DNA of 64,000 nt from Macrostomum lignano. Lineage: Eukaryota. Under the pieces are notes generated by a model that was not told the origin of the DNA, made no database searches, and saw only the letters and a list, made by a program, of their open reading frames with translations. Each line of letters begins with the position of its first letter. The stretch's first letter is position 1. This document shows positions 1 through 10,800 of the stretch, one piece after another. A program made the translations under genes and the position numbers. The stretch is from positions 93,533-157,532 of the forward strand of contig NIVC01002074.1 in the NCBI GenBank assembly GCA_002269645.1. Reading direction: 5' to 3'.

Positions 1-59
1 AGACAAAACTAAAAGTCTGGAACGAAAATTTTCTCTTTTGGGACTCTGTTGTTGCGTTA

Positions 60-1030
60 CATAATTTTATCTCTACAGACACTCATTTCAGCGCTGCAGT
101 CACTCATTATATCTCTACAGACACTCATTTCAGGGCTGCAGTCACTCATTATATCTCTACAGACACTCATTTCAGCGCTGCAGTCACTCATTATATCTCT
201 ACAGACACTCACTTCAGCGCTGCAGTCACTCATTATATCTCTACAGACACTCATTTCAGCGCTGCAGTCACTCATTATATCTCTACAGACACTCATTTCA
301 GGGCTGCAGTCACTCATTATATCTCTACAGACACTCATTTCAGCGCTGCAGTCACTCATTATATCTCTACAGACACTCATTTCAGCGCTGCAGTCACTCA
401 TTATATCTCTACAGACACTCATTTCAGGGCTGCAGTCACTCATTATATCTCTACAGACACTCATTTCAGCGCTGCAGTCACTCATTATATCTCTACAGAC
501 ACTCATTTCAGCGCTGCAGTCACTCATTATATCTCTACAGACACTCATTTCAGCGCTGCAGTCACTCATTATATCTCTACAGACACTCATTTCAGCGCTG
601 CAGTCACTCATTATATCTCTACAGACACTCATTTCAGCGCTGCAGTCACTCATTATATCTCTACAGACACTCATTTCAGCGCTGCAGTCACTCATTATAT
701 CCCTACAGACACTCATTTCAGCGCTGCAGTCAATCATTATATCCCTACAGACACTCATTTCAGCGCTGCAGTCAATCATTATATCTCTACAGACACTCAT
801 TTCAGGGCTGCAGTCACTCATTATATCTCTACAGACACTCATTTCAGCGCTGCAGTCACTCATTATATCTCTACAGACACTCATTTCAGCGCTGCAGTCA
901 CTCATTATATCTCTACAGACACTCATTTCAGCGCTGCAGTCACTCATTATATCTCTACAGACACTCATTTCAGCGCTGCAGTCACTCATTATATCTCTAC
1001 AGACACTCATTTCAGCGCTGCAGTCACTCA
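60..1030. repeat. 42-bp tandem minisatellite (~23 copies)
   Basis: Unit CACTCATTATATCTCTACAGACACTCATTTCAGCGCTGCAGT. The 358-aa and 333-aa ORFs here are translations of the repeat. Confidence 0.95.
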
Positions 1031-1688
1031 ACTTAAGCGCCGCAGTGCGGGGGGACAAAGTAAAGCAATTTTACTGGGGGAGGGGGGCGACGCCCCTGAA
1101 ACGTACGCACTGCAATGATGCATAATTTCGAGTATGTGAGAGAATGTTTAAGTCATCTGCATTCTCATAGGCATTGGAAATCATTTAACTGTCTAAGCCA
1201 ATCAGAGGACAGCTAGCTAGACGCTGTCAAACGTGTGCCAGACTATATAATAGCTATAATACATGTAGCTTCTGTATACACAAAAATTGGCAGAACTTGG
1301 CAAATTATACTTCTATATGGAAAAGGCTCGACTTACAGTCAACTAGCTATACTCAACGGAAGAAACATAATTTCATTATATACTGTAAGCTTCATAATAA
1401 TTAATTTCCTCCTCGTATTATGCGCATTTATAATCTCGAATATGCAAATTTTAATTAATGATTTAATATAATAAGATTCTCATGCAGCCTTGACGCCTAG
1501 ACACCCAGGTTTTCGTAGTTTATAGGGCTAGAGTTGAAAAGCACATATTGAAGCATAATTAAACTTTTTTAAGCCGAAATGACGACAAATTTAAGCAGAA
1601 GAGCCAGCTCGCGTTCTCGTTGCAGCTTTTCTCGCCCGAGATTCGCGATCGAGTTTAGCGCCGGTTAATACAAGTATACTATCGAATA

Positions 1689-4600
1689 ATGTACGCCATG
1701 GTGATGTCGCCACCGTCGGCGCCAGCGGCGCCACAACCGTCAGCGCCCAGCACAATAGACGTGGCGCTGCACAGATCGCCTGACCAGCGCTGGGGATTCC
1801 GGCTGCAGGGCGGAGCCGACTACAGGACCCAGCTGACCGTGATGCGGGCGAGTCTCACAATTCCTGTTCTTGCCCAACTCATGTCCTGCTAGCGACCGGC
1901 GCATAGCAACAATCAGGCTGTAGCCATGCAACCAAACCATAGCAATAATTGGGCCGTAGTCATAGCAACCAAGCCATAGCAACAATCAGGCCGTAGCCAT
2001 AGCAACAACAAGGCCGTAGCCATAGCAACAACAAGGCCGTAGCCATAGCAACAACAAGGCCGTAGCCATAGCAACAACCAAGCCGTAGTCATAGCAACAA
2101 TCAGGCCGTAGCCATAGCAACCAAGCCATAGAAGCAACCAGGCCGTAGCCATAGCAACAAATCCATAGCAACAATCAGGCCGTAGACATAGCAACAACCA
2201 GGCCCTAGCCATAGCAACCAAGCCATAGCAACAACCAGGCCGTAGCCATAGCAACCAAGCCATAGCAACAACCAAACCGTAGCCATAGCAACCAAGCCAT
2301 AGCAACAATCAGCTGTAGTCATAGCAATTAGCATACAGCTATAACACCATTACAACACCAGCTAAATAACCCAACCCCACTCAGGTGGAGCCGAACTCGC
2401 CGGCCCAAGGGAAACTTCGCGTTGGCGACGCGATCCAGACGGTGAACGGGAAAAAATCCCGCCAGCTGAGCCACGCCCAGGCCTCCGAGGTTATCAAGGA
2501 GTCGGGAAACTCGCTAAAGCTCACCATTGTCAGGTGTGGTTGCGGATGGGGGAGGCAAAAAAAAATAATGAGAAAGGGAGTGATGGAGGGGATGATTGGG
2601 CTTGAGAGGGTGCAGAGGAGAGAAAGGTGAGGAAAAAATGCAAGGATCACATTTGAAAATCGACCTCCAAAAATGTTTTTACGAATCACGAGTGTTCTGA
2701 TATACTGCTAGTGCATGGTCTTTGGAGAAGTGAAGGAGAGATGAGGGAGAGGTGAAGGTGAGGGGATGAGGGAGAAGTGAAGGTGAGGGGATGAGGGAGA
2801 AGTGAAGGTGAGGGGATGAGGGAGAAGTGAAGGTGAGGGGATGAGGGAGAAGTGAAGGTGAGGGGATGAGGGAGAAGTGAAGGTGAGGGGATGAGGGAGA
2901 AGTGAAGGTGAGGGGATGAGGGAGAAGTGAAGGTGAGGGGATGAGGGAGAAGTGAAGGTGAGGAGATGAGGGAGAAGTGAAGGTGAGGGGATGAGGGAGA
3001 AGTGAAGGTGAGGGGATGAGGGAGAAGTGAAGGTGAGGGGATGAGGGAGAAGTGAAGGTGAGGGGATGAGGGAGAAGTGAAGGTGAGGGGATGAGGGAGA
3101 AGTGAAGGTGAGGGGATGAGGGAGAAGTGAAGGTGAGGGGATGAGGGAGAAGTGAAGGTGAGGGGATGAGGGAGAAGTGAAGGTGAGGAGATGAGGGAGA
3201 AGTGAAGGTGAGGGGATGAGGGAGAAGTGAAGGTGAGGGGATGAGGGAGAAGTGAAGGTGAGGGGATGAGGGAGAAGTGAGGGAGAGGTGAGGGAGAGAC
3301 AAAGAGGCTCAGCCAGATGCCAATAGGGGGGTTAATTAACCGAAAGAGTGAGAGAACTTTAACACAGGGAGTCAGAAAGCCCCGGGTTAAGCAGAGGCTG
3401 CAGCAGGGCGACCAGTAGCAGCAAAAGACCATAATATTGGCCATAAATGCCTGTGAAAGCTCGTAAGAAGCAAAATCAGCAGCAGAGGTAGAACATACTG
3501 AAAAAAGCTTTCACCAGCAGAAGTGGTCGTGAAGGAACGAGCGCAAGTCGATGCCAGACGGCTTTTGGCTAGAAACAAAGGACGCCAATAATTTGCTAAA
3601 AGTGGCAAGTAGGAGAAATTAAAATCTTTCCCAACCCTTCCGCGGCCCCGGCACGGTGGCACTGCGCAGAAAGCCGGCATCCCAGCAGCCCTAGTGCGGC
3701 ATCATCGATGCGGGCAAGGAGCACTTAAAATAGCTACCTGGAGTGGACGCCAACAATTGTATCATTGTATCATTATCAGTTACATTTCAACGCTGATTAA
3801 GATAACCGATTTTGCCATTATAGATTTTTACTACGTGCCTGGAACTCAAAATAATGATATAATATTAATTGATTACACCTGCCCTTAATTACCCCAGCTA
3901 ATGCACCCATTTTACAGCTGGGCAAACTGAAAGCAATGCAGAGTTAATTAAGTGTCTTGCTCAAGGACACAAATTGTTCCGAGTATAGGGTGAAGATTCG
4001 AAACCCTGCACTTATCAGTCGTGAGTCCGACGACCGCTAGGCTACAACCCACTTGTAACACGTGGATAGAAAATATATAAGTACGCTGTCCAGATACCGT
4101 ATATAGAACTCCATGCCAAGCTCTGCCCGCAGTAAATGGCGCATGCGCACACGAATCGAGTGTGCTGCACGGCTCCCAAAATGTGGCCGCCCAGAGAATG
4201 GACCCGGCAGGCGCTGAGGAGCGACGTGTTTTTGTTGCAGTTTTTCGCACATCAGACCGCCTGTTCGCTGATGATGCATGCGACACACTGCGGGTCAGTC
4301 AGTCGGCTCTTTTGCTAAAAACGACCTTTGAGGAAGAAAAATGACAATCGTGCTACGCCGCTACCTTACAGATGCGAAGAGTTTTGGCGATGCACTTTTG
4401 TTTTGTCACTAAAGTTTTCTTCGGGTTCGCTTTCTTAAAATTGTCCGATATTGTCTTCTGTTGACAGCAGTCAGAGAACTTAAGCCATGTTGGTGCAGAA
4501 TTCTTTTAAAAATTAAAGAAAACTTTAACAAATGATTTTCAAGGATCCGCTTTTATGTTGCGGACTTCATATTCTCAACTCGTAATCTGAACCCAATCTC

Positions 4601-6520
4601 CCAAGATCCTCAAATCGTAATCTGAACCCACTCTCCCAAGATCCTCAAATCGTAATCTGAACCCACTCTCTCAAGATCCTCAGTAGGGATCTGAACCCAC
4701 TCTCTCAAGATCCTCAGTAGGGATCTGAACCCACTCTCTCAAGATCCTCAGTAGGGATCTGAACCCAATCTCCCAAGATCCTCAGTAGGGATCTGAACCC
4801 ACTCTCTCAAGATCCTCAGTAGGGATCTGAACCCAATCTCCCAAGATCCTCAGTAGGGATCTGAACCCACTCTCTCAAGATCCTCAGTAGGGATCTGAAC
4901 CCACTCTCTCAAGACCCTCAGTAGGGATCTGAACCCACTCTCTCAAGATCCTCAGTAGGGATCTGAACCCACTCTCTCAAGATCCTCAGTAGGGATCTGA
5001 ACCCACTCTCTCAAGATCCTCAGTAGGGATCTGAACCCACTCTCTCAAGATCCTCAGTAGGGATCTGAACCCACTCTCTCAAGATCCTCAGTAGGGATCT
5101 GAACCCACTCTCTCAAGATCCTCAGTAGGGATCTGAACCAACTCTCTCAAGATCCTCAGTAGGGATCTGAACCCACTCTCTCAAGATCCTCAGTAGGGAT
5201 CTGAACCCACTCTCTCAAGATCCTCAGTAGGGATCTGAACCCACTCTCTCAAGATCCTCAGTAGGGATCTGAACCCACTCTCTCAAGATCCTCAGTAGGG
5301 ATCTGAACCCACTCTCTCAAGATCCTCAGTAGGGATCTGAACCCACTCTCTCAAGATCCTCAGTAGGGATCTGAACCCACTCTCTCAAGATCCTCAGTAG
5401 GGATCTGAACCCACTCTCTCAAGATCCTCAGTAGGGATCTGAACCCACTCTCTCAAGATCCTCAGTAGGGATCTGAACCCACTCTCTCAAGATCCTCAGT
5501 AGGGATCTGAACCAACTCTCTCAAGATCCTCAGTAGGGATCTGAACCCACTCTCTCAAGATCCTCAGTAGGGATCTGAACCCACTCTCTCAAGATCCTCA
5601 GTAGGGATCTGAACCCACTCTCTCAAGATCCTCAGTAGGGATCTGAACCCACTCTCTCAAGATCCTCAGTAGGGATCTGAACCCACTCTCTCAAGATCCT
5701 CAGTAGGGATCTGAACCCACTCTCTCAAGATCCTCAGTAGGGATCTGAACCCACTCTCTCAAGATCCTCAGTAGGGATCTGAACCCACTCTCTCAAGATC
5801 CTCAGTAGGGATCTGAACCCACTCTCTCAAGATCCTCAGTAGGGATCTGAACCCACTCTCTCAAGATCCTCAGTAGGGATCTGAACCCACTCTCTCAAGA
5901 TCCTCAGTAGGGATCTGAACCCACTCTCTCAAGATCCTCAGTAGGGATCTGAACCCACTCTCTCAAGATCCTCAGTAGGGATCTGAACCCACTCTCTCAA
6001 GATCCTCAGTAGGGATCTGAACCCACTCTCTCAAGATCCTCAGTAGGGATCTGAACCCACTCTCTCAAGATCCTCAGTAGGGATCTGAACCCACTCTCTC
6101 AAGATCCTCAGTAGGGATCTGAACCCACTCTCTTAAGATCCTCAGTAGGGATCTGAACCCACTCTCTCAAGATCCTCAGTAGGGATCTGAACCCACTCTC
6201 TCAAGATCCTCAGTAAATCGTAATCTGAACCCACTCTCTCAAGATCCTCAGTAGGGATCTGAACCCACTCTCTCTCAAGATCCTCAGTAGGGATCTGAAC
6301 CCACTCTCCCGAAATCCTCAACCGGGATCTGAACCCACTCTCTAGAAATCCTCAAATCAGGATCTCACATACTGGTGTTTATAGTATTACTCATTAATTT
6401 CTATAATTACTGCTACATAAAAATATCACATAAACCCGTTGCAGGGAGCCAAACGCGGCAGCCTGCTTGGACCACATTCGCCCGCCCGGCAAGCCAAAAT
6501 TTAGCCGTCCAGGAAGCTAA
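1689..6520 (+). CDS. Small PDZ-domain protein (PDLIM/Zasp-like PDZ), ~127 aa; exons 1689-1847, 2385-2533, probable terminal exon 6445-6520
   Basis: Spliced WGFRLQGGADYRTQLTVMR|VEPNSPAQGKLRVGDAIQTVNG...LSHAQASEVIKESGNSLKLTIVR is a typical PDLIM-type PDZ. Intron 1 is GC-AG (GCGAGT at 1848, CAG at 2382-2384), phase 0. Exon 2 ends phase 2 and fits ttgcag|G GAG CCA... (R-EPNAAACLDHIRPPGKPKFSRPGS*). The third exon is less certain than the first two. Confidence 0.75.
1898..2340. repeat. ~21-24-bp degenerate minisatellite in PDZ intron 1
   Basis: Repeated GGCCGTAGCCATAGCAACAAC(C/A)A. Confidence 0.9.
2745..3290. repeat. 25-bp purine-rich minisatellite in PDZ intron 2
   Basis: Unit AGGGGATGAGGGAGAAGTGAAGGTG, ~21 copies. 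Confidence 0.95.
3890..4053 (-). mobile_element. tRNA-derived CORE-type (MIR-like) SINE
   Basis: On the minus strand: A-box TAGCCTAGCGG (4044-4034), B-box GGTTTCGAATC (4005-3995), then TGTGTCCTTGAGCAAGACACTTAA...CAGTTTGCCCAGCTGTAAAATGGG. This resembles the MIR core as I recall it (GTGACCTTGGGCAAGTCACTTAA...CAGTTTCCTCATCTGTAAAATGGG). Confidence 0.75.
4585..6360. repeat. 34-bp tandem minisatellite (~52 copies)
   Basis: Unit CAGTAGGGATCTGAACCCACTCTCTCAAGATCCT; very homogeneous. Confidence 0.95.
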
Positions 6521-7196
6521 GGATTGCTATTTATAACAACACCTGGTTAAGACACCAGAAACTGCTGCTTACCAATAATTCGCTGTTATGGGCAGATAAA
6601 AACTTACTTTGACATGCTTATCAATCTGTACATAAACATTTGGTTTACCCTGCTGGTAAGAAAATTAGTGGGGTTGGAGGGTGGGGGTTTTATCGCCAGC
6701 CAATCAGAATCTATTCGTACATGCACATTTTTGCATGCTTTAATTAGCAACCAGTCCTCGATTACCTTCAATGTAGCCTTCCATTATGCGATATTTAATG
6801 AAGTTTTTCAACACATTTTATTTGTGGTATTCATCAAGTTCAGTAAGTCACTTCTCTTAATTGTTCTCAAAGTATGTACTAATACTTTAAACCGTTAACA
6901 CCTTGGTTTATGCTTAAAATAAAATAAGCATTGTTTAAAACGTGGCCGTTAGGTTTTATTTGTATTCAGCTTCTGAAATGAGCGGCTTCGTACTAATTTG
7001 CACTTCTAAAAACATTTTATGGTTAATTTAATTAGTGGCTCAATACTATTTGGGAACTAATCAATTGTATTTTAAAGTTACCTACCAGTGAAAAAACTAT
7101 GACTTAGATGTTATGTAACTGCCCAGATGTTTATAAAAATATTGATCTACTAGATAATCCAAAAATGCTATACTTAAAGAAATGTTGGTCTTTGAA

Positions 7197-7480
<284 letters not shown>

Positions 7481-8431
7481 AAACAGTTGCCAGGTAGCTA
7501 ATTAGGCTTCGCGCAACAAATCAGAACTATTTGCGTCAAAAAGCATTTCTTGACATTCAGCTCGCAATAGTGGAAACAATAAGCTTATATCCTATACGGA
7601 TACTACGGATACTACGGAGACTACGGATAGATAGTCCAGTCATCTATTAAATCACGGTCCGAGTGAACTTTAAGAAGGGGCCAAATGTCCGAATGCCAAG
7701 CCGACACAGAAAACAGCGGATATAGAGATGCCATTCATACAGCAGCCGGCGGAGGCGGAGCCAGTCCATGCATTCTGTTAGCCGCAGGGAGCGGATGGGT
7801 CCAGAGCCTCCGGTAGGAGCAGCAGCAGCAGCCTAGCTATCTTCCAGAAGCGGTTTTCCAGGAAATTTCACAGAACTGCAGCGGCCGGTCGCCTTTGCCA
7901 GTTTTAGAGGGGGGGAGAGCCGCAAACACTGACGCAAAAAATTATCCTTAACCCCCCTCCCCAGCTGCTAGTTGCTACGCAGAGGATGTGTTCTAGAGGT
8001 TAGAGTGGTTATTTAGGACACCCTAACGAAGCCATCCCGAGTCCAGCCCGAAACCGGTTCCCTGCCCCCCCCCCCCACCAAAAATGGCAACTTGAATTAT
8101 CTAATTCAAGTATGTTTAAAGAAACAGAAATACCATAAGACAATAAATCACTTTACAACGGCAATTGACTACCGATATAATGAAAACATTTCACCTTTTA
8201 AGTACTATAGTACACAATATGGTGAAACTTAGGGCTGCTTGCCGCAAATACGGTGTTTACCACATAGCTTACCAAAGTGTTTAGTGTTTTCACGACTAAC
8301 CAGAAAGATATTGGGATGAAGAAATTTGAAATTAAGATTTAACACATACGACAAGAGGGCTTTGTGTTTCGAAATTCGTGCCGTCCATGTTGTATGATTT
8401 TAGAACGAACATTTGGCATCTCATCCTGAGC

Positions 8432-9062
8432 TTTGGAATCTCACCCAAGGGCTTTGAAATCACCCAAGGGCTTTGGAATCTCACCCAAGGGCTTTGGAAT
8501 CTCACCCAAGGGCTTTGGAATCTCACCCAAGGGCTTTGGAATCTCACCCAAGAGGGCTTTGGAATCTCACCCAAGGGCTTTGGAATTCCACCCAAGGGCT
8601 TTGGAATCTCACCCAAGGGCTTTGGAATCTCACGAAGGCTTTGGAATCTCACCCAAGGGCTTTGGAATTCCACCCAAGGGCTTTGGAATTCCACCCAAGG
8701 GCTTTGGAATCTCACCCAAGGGCTTTGGAATCTCACCCAAGGGCTTTGGAATCTCACCCAAGGGCTTTGGAATCTCACCCAAAAGGGCTTTGGAATCTCA
8801 CCCAAGGGCTTTGGAATCTCACCCAAGAGGGATTTGAAATCTCACCAAGGGCTTTGGAATCTCACCCAAGGGCTTTGGAATCTCACCCAAGGGCTTTGGA
8901 ATTCCATCAAGGGCTTTGGAATTCCACCCAAGGGCTTTGGAATTCCACCCAAGGGCTTTGGAATTCCACCCAAGGGCTTTGGAATCTCACCCAAGAGGGC
9001 TTTGCATGGAATCTCACCCAAGAGGGCTTTGGAATCTTACCCAAGGGCTTTAGGATCTCACC
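8432..9062. repeat. 21-bp minisatellite
   Basis: Unit GGGCTTTGGAATCTCACCCAA. Confidence 0.95.
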
Positions 9063-9514
9063 AGTTGCTTTGAAGTCTGAAGTTTCAAACACCTATGACG
9101 GCTATGATGTTTGAAAATTAGATAACTAATTTAATTAGACAAGATTTTATATTATCTAAATAAATAAGATAATATGAAATCTAATTTAGAAATTAGAACT
9201 CCAGAATGTTATCAGAGATGACACTGGGTGCGCGAAATATTTTATAACTAAGAGAAGATGACTTAATAAAATAAAATAATTTGCACCCAAAACCATACGC
9301 AATCTCTTTCTTGAAAATCAATAACGACATCACGAAATAGCTCGTAAACACCTAATTCTTTTCGAAATTTAACTGATCGGAAAATTTTAAATAAAAACAT
9401 TAACTTTTTATTAAAACATGATCTCAAGATACATCGACACATTATTTTAGCAGTATATAACAAGCTTACTGTAGCGATTCTGACTGTTACTTTGTTAATC
9501 TTATCTTCTTATGC

Positions 9515-10800
9515 CTCCACAATCCACCGCATCCTCAATCCACTATCCGCATCCTCAATCCACCGCATCCTCAATCCACCGCATCCTCAATCCACCGCAT
9601 CCTCAATCCACCGCATCCTCAATCCACCGCATCCTCAATCCACCGCATCCTCAATCCACCACATCCTTAATCCACCACCGCATCCTCAATAAACCGCATC
9701 CTCAATCCACCACCGCATCCTCAATCCACCGCATCCTCAATCCACCACATCCTTAATCCACCACCGCATCCTCAATCAACCGCATCCTCAATCCACCACC
9801 GCATCCTCAATCCACCGCATCCTTAATCCACCGCATCCTCAATCCACCGCATCCTCAATCCACCGCATCCTCAATCCACCACCGCATCCTCAATCCACCG
9901 CATCCTCAATCCACCGCATCCTCAATCCACCGCATCCTCAATCCACCGCATCCTCAATCCAATCCACCACCGCATCCTCAATTCACCACATCCTCAATCC
10001 ACTATCCGCATCCTCAATCCACTATCCGCATCCTCAATCCACCACCGCATCCTCAATCCACCGCATCCTCAATCCACCGCATCCTCAATCCACCGCATCC
10101 TCAATCCACCGCATCCTCAATCCACCACATCCTTAATCCACCGCATCCTCAATCCACCACATCCTCAATCCACCACATCCTCAATCCACCGCATCCTCAA
10201 TCCACCACCGCATCCTCAATCCACCGCATCCTCAATCCACCGCATCCTTAATCCACCGCATCCTCAATTCACCACATCCTCAATCCACTATCCGCATCCT
10301 CAATCCACTATCCGCATCCTCAATCCACCACCGCATCCTCAATCCACCGCATCCTCAATCCACTATCCGCATCCTCAATCCACTATCCGCATCCTCAATC
10401 CACCACCGCATCCTCAATCCACCGCATCCTCAATCCACCGCATCCTCAATCCACCGCATCCTCAATCCACCGCATCCTCAATCCACCGCATCCTCAATCC
10501 ACCGCATCCTCAATCCACCGCATCCTCAATCCACCGCATCCTCAATCCACCGCATCCTCAATCCACCGCATCCTCAATCCACCGCATCCTCAATCCACCG
10601 CATCCTCAATCCACCGCATCCTCAATCCACCGCATCCTCAATCCACCGCATCCTCAATCCACCGCATCCTCAATCCACCGCATCCTCAATCCACCGCATC
10701 CTCAATCCACCGCATCCTCAATCCACCGCATCCTCAATCCACCGCATCCTCAATCCACCGCATCCTCAATCCACCGCATCCTCAATCCACCGCATCCTCA
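9515..10800. repeat. 16-bp minisatellite abutting the dehydrogenase stop codon
   Basis: Unit CCGCATCCTCAATCCA (minus strand TGGATTGAGGATGCGG). Confidence 0.95.

Noticed and set aside
49-1125. Long leucine-heptad ORFs, and similar long ORFs at 8.3-9.1, 35.4-40.9, 46.3-47.2, 58-59.6 and 61.7-63.2 kb
   Set aside because: They are stop-free translations of tandem repeats, open in several frames or on both strands, with no unique sequence.
4372-4437. Alternative PDZ exon 3 (ttacag|A TGC GAA..., RCEEFWRCTFVLSLKFSSGSLS*)
   Set aside because: The phase fits, but the sequence is AT-rich and less coding-like than 6445-6520. It is not excluded as an isoform.
4585-6360. CRISPR-like regular repeats (also 48858-50165)
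   Set aside because: The units are contiguous with no unique spacers, there are no cas genes, and the context is eukaryotic.
7680-7870. GC-rich islet that could be an exon
   Set aside because: Stops occur in the plausible frames and there is no convincing splice pair or motif.
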